Shown: positions 47,458 to 56,230, numbered from the stretch's first letter. The stretch is DNA of 64,000 bases from an uncultured Iamiaceae bacterium (GCA_964446345.1 CAYUOL010000001.1:24132-88131), one strand, 5' to 3'. The notes: generated by a model from the sequence alone, not told the origin. Made by a program: numbers and translations.

Positions 47458-48870
47458 ATGTCTAGAGGCAAATTACACAATATGAATTCGCCCTCACCGC
47501 AGCTTGGAACTACTGGAAAAAATCATGGCAAGTCGGAGCAGACGCGCGCCCTCATCCTGAGCGCCGCCGCGAAGCTATTTCGAGATGAAGGATACGATGC
47601 CACGACGCTCCGCAAGATCGCGAAGGCTGCGCGTATGGAGGCGGGTAGCCTATATTATCACTTTGCGTCGAAGGAGGCGATCTTCGACGAAATCCTTCGA
47701 TTGGGCGTACGGCACGTTTTCGACGCCGTGCAGAAGGTCCGAGAGGATTGCCGGCTCTCCGGCAGGGATTTCCGACAGACATTCGCCTTGATGATCGACG
47801 CGCACTTGACGTATTTCCTGAAAGAAAGTGATTTCACTTCGGCAAATATCCGAAATTACTCGAGGCTTCCTCAGGACATGCGCGTGACCCATCGACCACT
47901 GCGCCAAGCCTACACCTCCGTGTGGGACAATTTCTTTGCAGAGGCTCAAACGGCCGGGGACATTCGGAGCGACATCAAAGTCGTACCGCTGCGACAGTTC
48001 GTGCTGGGAGCAATGAATTGGACAGTCGAATGGTATGATGCGACGCGCTATCCCGTAAGCATGCTGTCTGAGCGCTTGTGTAAACTTCTTTTGGACGGAA
48101 TGTCCACCGCACGCGGCATGCCATTGAAACAGCCAGGTCCAATCGAACTGGAAACCCTGGACCTGATTGATTCCGACGACAGCAAATCATCCCGCACCCG
48201 CGTCCAAGTGCTCTCCGCTGCAGCGCGGATTTTTCGCGACAGAGGGTACAAGGCTGCAACAATGCGAGATATCGCGCAAGAAGCCGGCATGGAAGCAGGC
48301 AGCATCTATTATCATTTTAATTCAAAGGATGAGATACTCGACGAAGTGCTCGATATTGGATTGCGAGCGGTCCTGCGCGGAATGTCGTCGACCATTTCGA
48401 AGACACATCAGTTTCCCGATCACCGCAGCCGGATCGCCGCAGCGATCCGTACCCATATGGAGTACCTCTTTCGTTTGAGCGAATTTACGTCTGCGAATAT
48501 CCGCATTTTCGGGCAGCTACCCAAGAAGGTGCGAGCACGTCATCAGCCAATACGACACAAGTACGCGAACCTTTGGGATGACTGCTTACGCAAAGCGCAG
48601 GAAGCGGGTGAGCTGCGCTCCGATATCAAGGTTGTGCCTTTGCGGCAGGCCATGCTGGGAGCGCTCAACTGGACTGTAGAGTGGTTCAATCCAGAAAAGG
48701 GCCAACGCGATGGATACTATTCGCTGTCTGAATTGATTGTGATGTTGCAGAGCCTACTGTTGGATGGCCTTCAGTACGATGCCGGTCCTTCGCTTCACCA
48801 TCGCGACTTGCCCTCTACGAGCAAACGAACGAGGCGGCGCGCCTTGCGCGCTGGATCTCACGCCGGCTAA
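47458..48870 (+). CDS. Tandem (double) TetR-family regulator: two complete TetR units in one chain
   Basis: Unit 1 is SEQTRALILSAAAKLFRDEGYDATTLRKIAKAARMEAGSLYYHFASKEAIFDE...FTSANIRNY...SDIKVVPLRQFVLGAMNWTVEW. Unit 2 starts near nt 48181: SSRTRVQVLSAAARIFRDRGYKAATMRDIAQEAGMEAGSIYYHFNSKDEILDE...FTSANIRIF...SDIKVVPLRQAMLGALNWTVEW. Alternative start ATG 47482. Confidence 0.88.
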   Translation: MSRGKLHNMNSPSPQLGTTGKNHGKSEQTRALILSAAAKLFRDEGYDATTLRKIAKAARMEAGSLYYHFASKEAIFDEILRLGVRHVFDAVQKVREDCRLSGRDFRQTFALMIDAHLTYFLKESDFTSANIRNYSRLPQDMRVTHRPLRQAYTSVWDNFFAEAQTAGDIRSDIKVVPLRQFVLGAMNWTVEWYDATRYPVSMLSERLCKLLLDGMSTARGMPLKQPGPIELETLDLIDSDDSKSSRTRVQVLSAAARIFRDRGYKAATMRDIAQEAGMEAGSIYYHFNSKDEILDEVLDIGLRAVLRGMSSTISKTHQFPDHRSRIAAAIRTHMEYLFRLSEFTSANIRIFGQLPKKVRARHQPIRHKYANLWDDCLRKAQEAGELRSDIKVVPLRQAMLGALNWTVEWFNPEKGQRDGYYSLSELIVMLQSLLLDGLQYDAGPSLHHRDLPSTSKRTRRRALRAGSHAG

Positions 48871-50063
48871 GCGTCTTTCTTGTTTACAATCAGCGACGCG
48901 TTCTCCTCCAGGAGATCGATAAATTCCACGCCATCGGCCCGGATTCGTGCACTGGTGGCAAAAGCTTCGATGGCACGTGTTTGGGCCATGATACGATCGG
49001 CGCCGGGCTCGGCGACGAGCAAGAGGCGCACGGTATCCCGATCGTTCTCGCATGTCACAACCGCCTGGGCGGCGCGCACGCCTGGGGTCGCGATAACCAC
49101 TTCTTCGATGGCGCGGGGGTAGACGAAAATCTCACGGACTTTTACGGCCGCGCCGACTCGTCCCTGCAAGGCCGAAAGACGCGTAACGCGACCATCTCCG
49201 TCACTCTCAAGAGCGAAGCCGCTATCTCCGGTGCCGAAGCGGATCATCGGCCAGTTGGCGTCGCGTGCGGTCACCACGATCTCACCGGTTTCGCCGGCGG
49301 CCAAGGGTTCCCCACTGATGGGATCGCAGATCTGCACCACGTGATTGGGATGCGCAACATACCCTTCGCCGTCATCCTCATAAGCCACAAGACCCAGATC
49401 GGCCGTCGCATAGGCGGCCCAGGTTGTAACGCCATAGTCCGCTTCGATACGACGCCGTTTCGCCATCCAGTCGCCCATCTCGCCGCCGAGGAATGCTGAT
49501 CTGACCTTCCAAGCGTTCCGCCCATACGCCTCGATTACCGTATCCGCCAATGTAAGGAAGAATGCCGTGCTGGCGCAGACCGCGGTCACGCCGGTTTCAA
49601 CGATGATCTGCGCCTGCAGCTCACGGTTTCCCGTACCACCGGGAATGACCGTCGCGCCGACTGCACGCGCTGCTTCGTCGAACAAAAGACCTGCCGGGAC
49701 CAGATGATAGGACCATGTGTTCAGGAGGAGATCGCCCACCGTGATCCCCGCAGCCTTGAACAGCTCCTTGAGGCCGTGCCCGCCACCTCCCGCCAATGAG
49801 GGCTCGAAGATCGGTCCGGGCGACACATAGATCCGCGACAGGCTTTCGAGATCGGCTGCGAGAAAGCCTCCAAAGGGCGGATTTTCCCTTTGGAGTGCCA
49901 GGAGCTGTTCTTTCTTCAGAACCGGCAGGCGAGAGAGATCCCTCAATGATCTGATGCTTGCCGGGTCGAAACCCGCCGCATCGAAGCGTGCCTTTAGGCC
50001 GGGCGCCTTACGTGCCGCCTGGCCATAGGCTGCAGCGATCTTCCGGTAAATCGCGTCGGGCAT
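48867..50063 (-). CDS. PaaK-like adenylate-forming-family protein with degenerate P-loop
   Basis: 398 aa. The N-terminus LRDLSRLPVLKKEQLLALQ is PaaK-like. Where PaaK has SSGTTG, this protein has RIYVSPGPIFEP. Confidence 0.7.
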   Translation of the reverse strand: MPDAIYRKIAAAYGQAARKAPGLKARFDAAGFDPASIRSLRDLSRLPVLKKEQLLALQRENPPFGGFLAADLESLSRIYVSPGPIFEPSLAGGGGHGLKELFKAAGITVGDLLLNTWSYHLVPAGLLFDEAARAVGATVIPGGTGNRELQAQIIVETGVTAVCASTAFFLTLADTVIEAYGRNAWKVRSAFLGGEMGDWMAKRRRIEADYGVTTWAAYATADLGLVAYEDDGEGYVAHPNHVVQICDPISGEPLAAGETGEIVVTARDANWPMIRFGTGDSGFALESDGDGRVTRLSALQGRVGAAVKVREIFVYPRAIEEVVIATPGVRAAQAVVTCENDRDTVRLLLVAEPGADRIMAQTRAIEAFATSARIRADGVEFIDLLEENASLIVNKKDA

Positions 50064-50090
50064 ATGCTCGCTACCTCTCTCCCGCGCAAA

Positions 50091-50900
50091 CTAAATAGGG
50101 CAGTCCTTGCGAAAATTCGGAGCGCGCTTCTCCCGATGTGACAGCACGCCTTCCTTGACGTCAGGGCCCATGAAACCCAGCATCTCGAACGCAGTGGAAG
50201 CGTCGAAGATTGGCCCGGCCTGGCGCAACCAATTATTCAGTGAATATTTCGTCCAGCGGATCGCGCTTTGCGCGCCGTTTGCCAACTCAACTGCAGTGTC
50301 GAGAGCGACTTGCTGCAGTTGATCATCGTCGACACACATGGATACCAAGCCAATGCGCTCGGCCTCTTCGCCGGAGATTGCCTTGCACGTCAGAAGATAA
50401 TACTTTGCCTTGGCCATGCCGCAGAGCAGCGGCCAAATGATCGCCGCTACGTCACCTGCGGCAACCCCCAGGCGGGGGTGCCCGTCAACAATCTTGGCTC
50501 GCTTGCCTGCGATCGACACGTCAGCCAGAATTCCGACAACGAGCCCCGCACCCGCGGCTGGGCCATTGATCGCCGAGATGATAGGCTTGTTGCAATTGAT
50601 GATGTTGTAAACGAGATCCTTGGCTTCCTTCCAGGTTCTCATCATCTCGTCGAAGTTGCCCGCTATTCTTTCGATCAGGCTGAAATCTCCCCCCGCCGAA
50701 AACGCCTTGCCAGCCCCCGTCACGATAACCGCGTTGATGTTGGGGTCGCGGTCGACATCAATCCACATGTCGGTCATTTGCGTGTGCGTTTCCGCATCCA
50801 CGGAGTTGAAGGTTTCGGGACGATCGAACGTGATCCGAAGAACACGGTCCGCCGGATAGTCGAATTTCAGTTTGTTGTATTTGGCATAGCGGTCAGACAT
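50091..50900 (-). CDS. Enoyl-CoA hydratase/isomerase (crotonase family)
   Basis: ATG 50900 follows GAAGGAGGAAG. Motif [15 protein letters not shown]. Confidence 0.88.
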   Translation of the reverse strand: MSDRYAKYNKLKFDYPADRVLRITFDRPETFNSVDAETHTQMTDMWIDVDRDPNINAVIVTGAGKAFSAGGDFSLIERIAGNFDEMMRTWKEAKDLVYNIINCNKPIISAINGPAAGAGLVVGILADVSIAGKRAKIVDGHPRLGVAAGDVAAIIWPLLCGMAKAKYYLLTCKAISGEEAERIGLVSMCVDDDQLQQVALDTAVELANGAQSAIRWTKYSLNNWLRQAGPIFDASTAFEMLGFMGPDVKEGVLSHREKRAPNFRKDCPI

Positions 50901-50939
50901 GGTGTGTTCTTCCTCCTTCAATGTACGGGCAATTATCTA

Positions 50940-52091
50940 TCAGCCAGGCAAGCCGAGAACGGCTTTCGACAAGATATTGCGCTGGATCTCATTCGTCCCG
51001 CCGTAGATCGTGGTCGGTCGCGCCTTGTAGAAGTTCGCCAGCACGTCAACACCGACATTGCCGAGCTGTAAGGGACCGATCAGGCCGCCGTCAGGTCCGG
51101 CGGATTCGATCATGAGTTCGGTAATCTCTTGGAACGTCTCAGTGACCCAGATCTTCAGCATCGACACGTCGGGACCGAGCATTTCGCCGCGCTTGAGTTG
51201 GTCGGCGAAGCGGCTATAGAGCGCCGCGTGATCCTCAACATCCAGAGCGACTTTCGCAAAGCGATCGCGGAACACCGGATCGTTGAACATGCAGCGCCCT
51301 TGCGCAATCGTCCGTAACTGAACAAGTGCGTTTTGCGCCAGGTTGGGCGCACCGATGAAGATTCGCTCGAAGCCGAGCAGGGCCTTGGCCATCGTCCAAC
51401 CCTTGTTCAGTTCGCCAACCAGGTTTTCGCGGGGCGCGCGAGCATTGTCGAAGAATACCTCGCAGAACTCGTCTTCACCCGCGAGCGTCGTGATCGTGCG
51501 AACTTCGATGCCCGGCTGGTTCATTTCGGCGAGCAAGAAGCTGATGCCCTCCTGTTTTTTTCGCGCATGAGAATCGGTGCGCACCAGCATAAAGATGTGC
51601 GTGGCGTCATGAGCCATCGTGGTCCAGATCTTCTGCCCATTGATCACGAAATAATCGCCGTCGATCACGGCACTCGTGCGCAGACTGGCGAGATCGGACC
51701 CCGAGCCCGGCTCGGAGTAGCCCTGACACCAGATGTGCTCACAAGTAAGGATACGCGGCAGCCAGTAGTGTTTCTGCGCCTGGGTGCCAAACTTGATGAT
51801 AAGGGGGCCGACCATCTGCACACCCATGTCGCGGCCCCGCGTCACGCCCCAGCGCTGCTGCTCTTCATAAAAGATGAGGAGCTTCGAAGCTTCCAGACCC
51901 ATGCCGCCATATTCGACCGGCCAAGCAGGCGCGACCATGCCCTTGGCGTAGAGCTTCTCGTGCCATTGGCGGATCTCGGCGAACTTCGCCCGATGCGGCA
52001 GATGGCGTAGCTCTTCGGGATACTCGGTCTCGAAGAAGGTGCGAACCTGGCGGCGGAACGCTTCGTCACTCAGTGCATTCCAGTCGGTCAT
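50940..52091 (-). CDS. Acyl-CoA dehydrogenase, canonical-motif member of an adjacent pair
   Basis: 383 aa. Motifs CQGYSEPGSGSDLAS and IYGGTNEIQRNIL. ATGA overlap with the upstream ACAD. Confidence 0.88.
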   Translation of the reverse strand: MTDWNALSDEAFRRQVRTFFETEYPEELRHLPHRAKFAEIRQWHEKLYAKGMVAPAWPVEYGGMGLEASKLLIFYEEQQRWGVTRGRDMGVQMVGPLIIKFGTQAQKHYWLPRILTCEHIWCQGYSEPGSGSDLASLRTSAVIDGDYFVINGQKIWTTMAHDATHIFMLVRTDSHARKKQEGISFLLAEMNQPGIEVRTITTLAGEDEFCEVFFDNARAPRENLVGELNKGWTMAKALLGFERIFIGAPNLAQNALVQLRTIAQGRCMFNDPVFRDRFAKVALDVEDHAALYSRFADQLKRGEMLGPDVSMLKIWVTETFQEITELMIESAGPDGGLIGPLQLGNVGVDVLANFYKARPTTIYGGTNEIQRNILSKAVLGLPG

Positions 52092-53200
52092 CGACCTGCC
52101 TCATTTGCCTCAAGAGCGTCCATCCAACGAGCCCGGTGGTAGGCGGCATCCCCGAGCCAGGCCGAAAGCACAAGCGCACGGTTCAGAAACAAGCCGATGT
52201 CGAACTCGTCCGTATAGCCGACTGCACCGTGGAGTTGAATCGATTCCCGGGTGATCCTCTTGGCCGTGCTGCAGGCGCGAGCTTTGGCGCGGCTCGCCTC
52301 ACGTATGCGCGCGCCCTGATCGGCGCTCACATCCATCCGTGCCAGCGCCTCGCTCACCCCCGCCTCGGCCACCTGCTGAGCGACATACAGGTCTACGGCG
52401 CGGTGCTGGATGACCTGAAACGACCCGATTGGCTTGCCGAACTGCTCGCGCGTCTTCACATAATCGAGGGTCAGTTCGAGTGCTTTAGCGCTGACGCCGA
52501 CCAGCTCGGCGGCGGCGAGCGCCGTGGCGTCGGCGACGACGGTGGACAACGCTTCCGATACCACCGAGCCTTCGGCCAGCAATTTACCTGGGGCGTCGAC
52601 AAAGCCGATGTCGCAGAGCTGGCTTCCGTCGGACTGTCGCCGCAGCTCCGAGTAGATCCCCTTGCCATCAGCGTCGAGGGCAACGAGAACGGGCTTCGAA
52701 TCATTTTGCGCAACCACGAGCAATTGATCCGCGCCGACGGCCCCGGCAATCCAGGCCTTTGAGCCGTTCAGCACCTTACCGTCGAAACGGCATGCCATTT
52801 GGTCAGAGTAACCTCGAAGACCACGTTCCTGCCAAGCGAGGGCGCAGGCGATTTTGCCACTGATAGCCGTAGCGAGCATCGCATCGCCAGGACATACCCG
52901 TTGAATCATTCCGATCGCAAGTGCGATGGCTGACACCACCGGTTCGGGCGTGAGCGCGCGACCAACTTCTTCCACGATCACACCGGCCGCTGTAAGTCCC
53001 ATGCCAAGTCCGCCGACCGCTTCTGGGGCGGCGACACCGAGCACGCCAGCATGGGCCAGTTCGTTCATCACCTGTCGGTCCCAGCCCTTGTCGCGAGCGT
53101 TACGGGCGCGTGCGATGCCGCCCGCGCGCTCAAAGAGTGTGCGCACGCTTCCGCGCAGCATCCGCAAATCGTCCTGTGAATGCGCCCTCACATTGCTCAT
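52088..53200 (-). CDS. Acyl-CoA dehydrogenase-fold protein, divergent-motif member of the pair
   Basis: 370 aa and ACAD-like overall (LHGAVGYTDEFDIGLF). The nucleotide/substrate loop is degenerate: ALAWQERGLRGYSD in place of xSEPGxGSD. ATGA overlaps on both sides. Confidence 0.8.
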   Translation of the reverse strand: MSNVRAHSQDDLRMLRGSVRTLFERAGGIARARNARDKGWDRQVMNELAHAGVLGVAAPEAVGGLGMGLTAAGVIVEEVGRALTPEPVVSAIALAIGMIQRVCPGDAMLATAISGKIACALAWQERGLRGYSDQMACRFDGKVLNGSKAWIAGAVGADQLLVVAQNDSKPVLVALDADGKGIYSELRRQSDGSQLCDIGFVDAPGKLLAEGSVVSEALSTVVADATALAAAELVGVSAKALELTLDYVKTREQFGKPIGSFQVIQHRAVDLYVAQQVAEAGVSEALARMDVSADQGARIREASRAKARACSTAKRITRESIQLHGAVGYTDEFDIGLFLNRALVLSAWLGDAAYHRARWMDALEANEAGR

Positions 53201-53646
53201 GACGGCGGCGCTGCCTTTCGCTTAACCATCGCGGCGGTATCGACGGTCAGCACGGGCTCTCCTGCCATGTTGCGCGCTTCGACACGGTAGCTGACGACAC
53301 CCCGATCGGGCTTGGTTTGGGAGGGCCTCACTGCCTGCATCTTCAATGTAACATCAAGCGGCTCATTCGCCCGCACAGGCGCGTTCCAAGATAGTCTCTC
53401 GAAACCCAAACCACCGATGTTTGCGACCCCCGTCATGAAGTCCCGCATAATCGGCCTGAATACGAGGAGGAGTGTCTGGAACCCCGATGCGATCAGACCG
53501 CCATGGATTTGCTTGGCATAGTATTCATCCGTATGCAGCCGCTGCGGATCCCATTCCCTGGCGAACGAAATTATCTCGTCCTTGCTTAAGGGAGGGGTGC
53601 GGAACGCAAAAATTTGTCCGACCTTGAAATCCTCCAAGTACTTCAC
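53197..53646 (-). CDS. MaoC-like (R)-specific enoyl-CoA hydratase (single hotdog)
   Basis: 149 aa with a GTG start in a GTGA overlap. Motif EWDPQRLHTDEYYA...GGLIASG. Confidence 0.8.
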   Translation of the reverse strand: MKYLEDFKVGQIFAFRTPPLSKDEIISFAREWDPQRLHTDEYYAKQIHGGLIASGFQTLLLVFRPIMRDFMTGVANIGGLGFERLSWNAPVRANEPLDVTLKMQAVRPSQTKPDRGVVSYRVEARNMAGEPVLTVDTAAMVKRKAAPPS

Positions 53647-54368
53647 GGCCGATGCCCTTCCTCCGTCGGCGCAAAACCATCGTCAAAGCCGCTCTGCCCC
53701 GCGATCCGGCAACGGTTGAATTCCTCCAGCTTGGGATAGGTTGCTTTGAACGCCGCCAGGAATTCGTCGATTGGCGCATCCACGTACAAGCCCCGGTCAT
53801 GAACATATTCCATGTGCCTCTGATTCTTTTCGTCGAACTCGTGAAACAGAGCGTCAGACGTCCCGTCGAAGAGAAGAGGCTTTACTCCGAAGCGCTTGCA
53901 TAGCTCCATGTTGAAGGCCGGCGTAACCTTGTAGGGCCTCCCGTCGAGCCACAGCTGCACGTATCCGTGGTAAATGAAGAGATCCGTTTGCATCAGCTCG
54001 GTTAGCTTTGGCGTATTCAAATGGTTACGAACGTCGGCGAAGCCCAATGCAGCGGGAATGCCAACAGCACGTAGGCAGGCGGTCAGCAAGATCGCCTTGG
54101 GCACACAAAAAGCAGACTCCGCCCCTGCCACCACGCTAGCGCGATAAGCATCGGGGCTCAGTTCAAACGTGTAGGGATCATATCGGATGCCATCGCGCAC
54201 CGCTTCGAACAGTCGGATTGCCTTTTCGGTATCGGAAGCGCTGGAGTTCAGGTTGCGCAAAGCAGACTCTACGAAAGCCCTCACCTCGGCGCTATCGCTA
54301 TCGACAAAGTTTGTTGGGGAAGTTAAGCACGCCGGATCTGCCGGCGGTCGATGATCCGCGCTAGACAT
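53643..54368 (-). CDS. Transglutaminase-like (papain-fold Cys/His) domain protein
   Basis: 241 aa. AESAFCVPKAILLTACLRAVGIPAALGF and a downstream HGYVQLWLDG fit the transglutaminase-core Cys...His pattern. It is the first gene of the operon. Confidence 0.6.
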   Translation of the reverse strand: MSSADHRPPADPACLTSPTNFVDSDSAEVRAFVESALRNLNSSASDTEKAIRLFEAVRDGIRYDPYTFELSPDAYRASVVAGAESAFCVPKAILLTACLRAVGIPAALGFADVRNHLNTPKLTELMQTDLFIYHGYVQLWLDGRPYKVTPAFNMELCKRFGVKPLLFDGTSDALFHEFDEKNQRHMEYVHDRGLYVDAPIDEFLAAFKATYPKLEEFNRCRIAGQSGFDDGFAPTEEGHRP

Positions 54369-54391
54369 TATCCACCCCTTGAAGCAGCTTT

Positions 54392-54407
54392 TCTAACATA
54401 CGTTAGA
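54392..54407. promoter_or_regulatory. Palindromic operator TCTAAC-N4-GTTAGA
   Basis: TCTAACATACGTTAGA lies 24 bp upstream of the transglutaminase-like start codon. It is the exact reverse complement of the 47422 core. Confidence 0.6.
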
Positions 54408-54798
54408 TTTACTCCATCGTATGCAGGCCTGTCAACGGTGCACGAAATCTTGATTTCCGCTTAATGAGATGGACGTTCGATCCGCCTCGGCCGCTCCCTC
54501 AATTGTGGAAATCTATTCGCAGCGGCCCCACTGGCAGTTCCGCGTCGACCCTATTGAAATGCGGGCCCTCCGTACAGATCGACAACCTCGGCGAAGCGGT
54601 CCGGATACCTTCACCGGCATGTTTCTCGATCGAGGTAAGTGCGCGAAGCCAGGCTACCGTCCTGCTAGTTTTAGGCTTGACTGGCTGTGGCGGCGCGCCG
54701 CATCCGATCGATGAGACGGTCAGCGAGATCCTCGACCACGAGCCGGTACGGTCTAGGGTGACCAAGACAAACGCCGTGCTTATCAAATTCCGCGATGA

Positions 54799-55215
54799 TC
54801 ATCCGCTGCGCTGTGGCGGCTGCTGAGGTCTGCTCGAGCTCTGTTTTTCGGGCAACACACAACCCTCAAATTTCTCGCGTAGTGACGCATTCCGATTTCC
54901 CCGTCGCCGTCATCGGCATCTCTTCAATGAACACGACATCATCCGGCATCCACCAACTGGCGATTCTCGTCCTTAGATAGTCGAGCCGGAGGCTACCCGT
55001 CGCCTTTACGAATGTCATCAATGGAATCAACTGCCCTCGACCACAGCACGTCTTACGTCCGTGACAACCTCGATCTTCACCTGGTGAACGGCCGTTACTC
55101 TGCCGGTCTTGTTTGCGAACTCGCCAACGTGTACGAGGGGCGCACCGGCAGTGTGTTTGCGGTCTTTGATGAAATAGCCACTCTGGAGGAACATCCCATC
55201 GCCCGCCCGAGCCTC
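54799..55215 (-). pseudogene. Acyl-CoA ligase C-terminal remnant (frameshifted)
   Basis: The minus strand reads ...GDGMFLQSGYFIKDRKHT..., then ...LDYLRTRIASWWMPDDVVFIEEMPMTATGK. The frame breaks after GK. No N-terminal part is present. Confidence 0.5.
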
Positions 55216-55597
55216 ACCAAACCCCCGTCACTGTTTACAAGGCCACCGCTGCGAGGCCTGCGGCATAAGCATTATCATCAAGCCGCCTTAATTCCGACGA
55301 ATGTCGATAATCACTGGCGCGCGAACAGCTTCGCCGACCCCGTCGAAGAAGCGGCCACCAACATGTCCGTTCCCGACGACAAGCTGATCGGCTTCATGCT
55401 GCACGAATTCGTCACCTCGGATATCATGATCGCAGTCAAGCCCGGCGGCTGACCGGTGAATGGATTGTCTACGCCCGGCAGGACGAAAGACATACCTATC
55501 TCACGCTGGGCACCCCCGGTGACGATGGTGCCATCTATGAAAGGGTGCGTGCTTGCGCGAACGGGTTCCCAGATCTCAATTTGACCCAATGCTTATA
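55215..55597 (+). pseudogene. Unknown-function gene remnant (5'-truncated, one frameshift)
   Basis: ...PPLRGLRHKHYHQAALIPTNVDNHWR...KLIGFMLHEFVTSDIMIAVKPGG, then after a frameshift near 55450, LTGEWIVYARQDERHTYLTLGTPGDDGAIYERVRACANGFPDLNLTQCL*. The part of track ORF 55012-55452 upstream of about 55215 is antisense to the ligase remnant. Confidence 0.3.
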
Positions 55598-55612
55598 GCA
55601 GAATCGCGCGGT

Positions 55613-56230
55613 TTGGATACGAAGTCCATCCAGACAGCGCCCATGGGCTCCGATTCATTGAACGCAGCGATCGACCGGTTTTTCCGATCCTACTTCAACC
55701 AGCTTCAAGAGCCGGATCCCGACACACTGCTCAATTTCCTGAATGCCCTTTACGGATTGAATGACAAGCTCAAAAAGCAAGCCGGTCGGGACCTGTTCGG
55801 ATCCGCGAACTTCCTTGCCCTGAAGGCGCTGCGCAATCTGTTCCATCACCACGTCGAGCCCGTCCATGAAATCAAGCTCATTCCCCTCGATGAGCTCCCG
55901 CCAATGACGACAGACCTGATGATCGTGTGTCTTGTGCCGCGTTCGCTCATCGAACGCGCGCAAGTTGAGACCGAGCGGCGGCATCAAGAAAATCCGCTCC
56001 GCATTTGCCGCATTCAAATGGTACGGAAATATTGTGAACATTCAGCCCTGCATGTTCAACGTGGCCGTGGATGTTTTCGAGGCAATTGCTGATCTCGATG
56101 TTGATCCCTCGTCTGACGCGTACGATGCCTTCGAGGAGGCATATCGGTTGGATGAGCAGAGCGGTCGACCTACACGCGCCACCGGTGATATTTGGTGCGC
56201 CGCCGGGTCCCTGAAACCGTTTTTGATCAA
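55613..56230 (+). pseudogene. Unknown-function gene with HEPN-like Rx4H motif (frameshifted, 3' end lost in IS30 junction)
   Basis: ...FLALKALRNLFHHHVEPVHE (R at 55832) fits the R-x4-H HEPN pattern. The frame breaks at the A-run near 55986-55993 and continues ...KIRSAFAAFKWYGNIVNIQPCMFNVAVDVFEAIADLDVD... Confidence 0.3.

Noticed and set aside
48867-48870. Convergent double-TetR and PaaK-like genes with overlapping stop codons (CTAA) and no terminator between them.
   Set aside because: The overlap is real in the sequence, but overlapping convergent stops are common in compact high-GC genomes. I see no evidence of special function.
55012-55215. N-terminal part of track ORF 55012-55452 as a genuine coding region.
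   Set aside because: The opposite strand here reads as a decayed acyl-CoA ligase (GDGMFLQSGYFIKDRKHT ... LDYLRTRIASWWMPDD). The plus-strand frame is probably antisense noise until about 55215.
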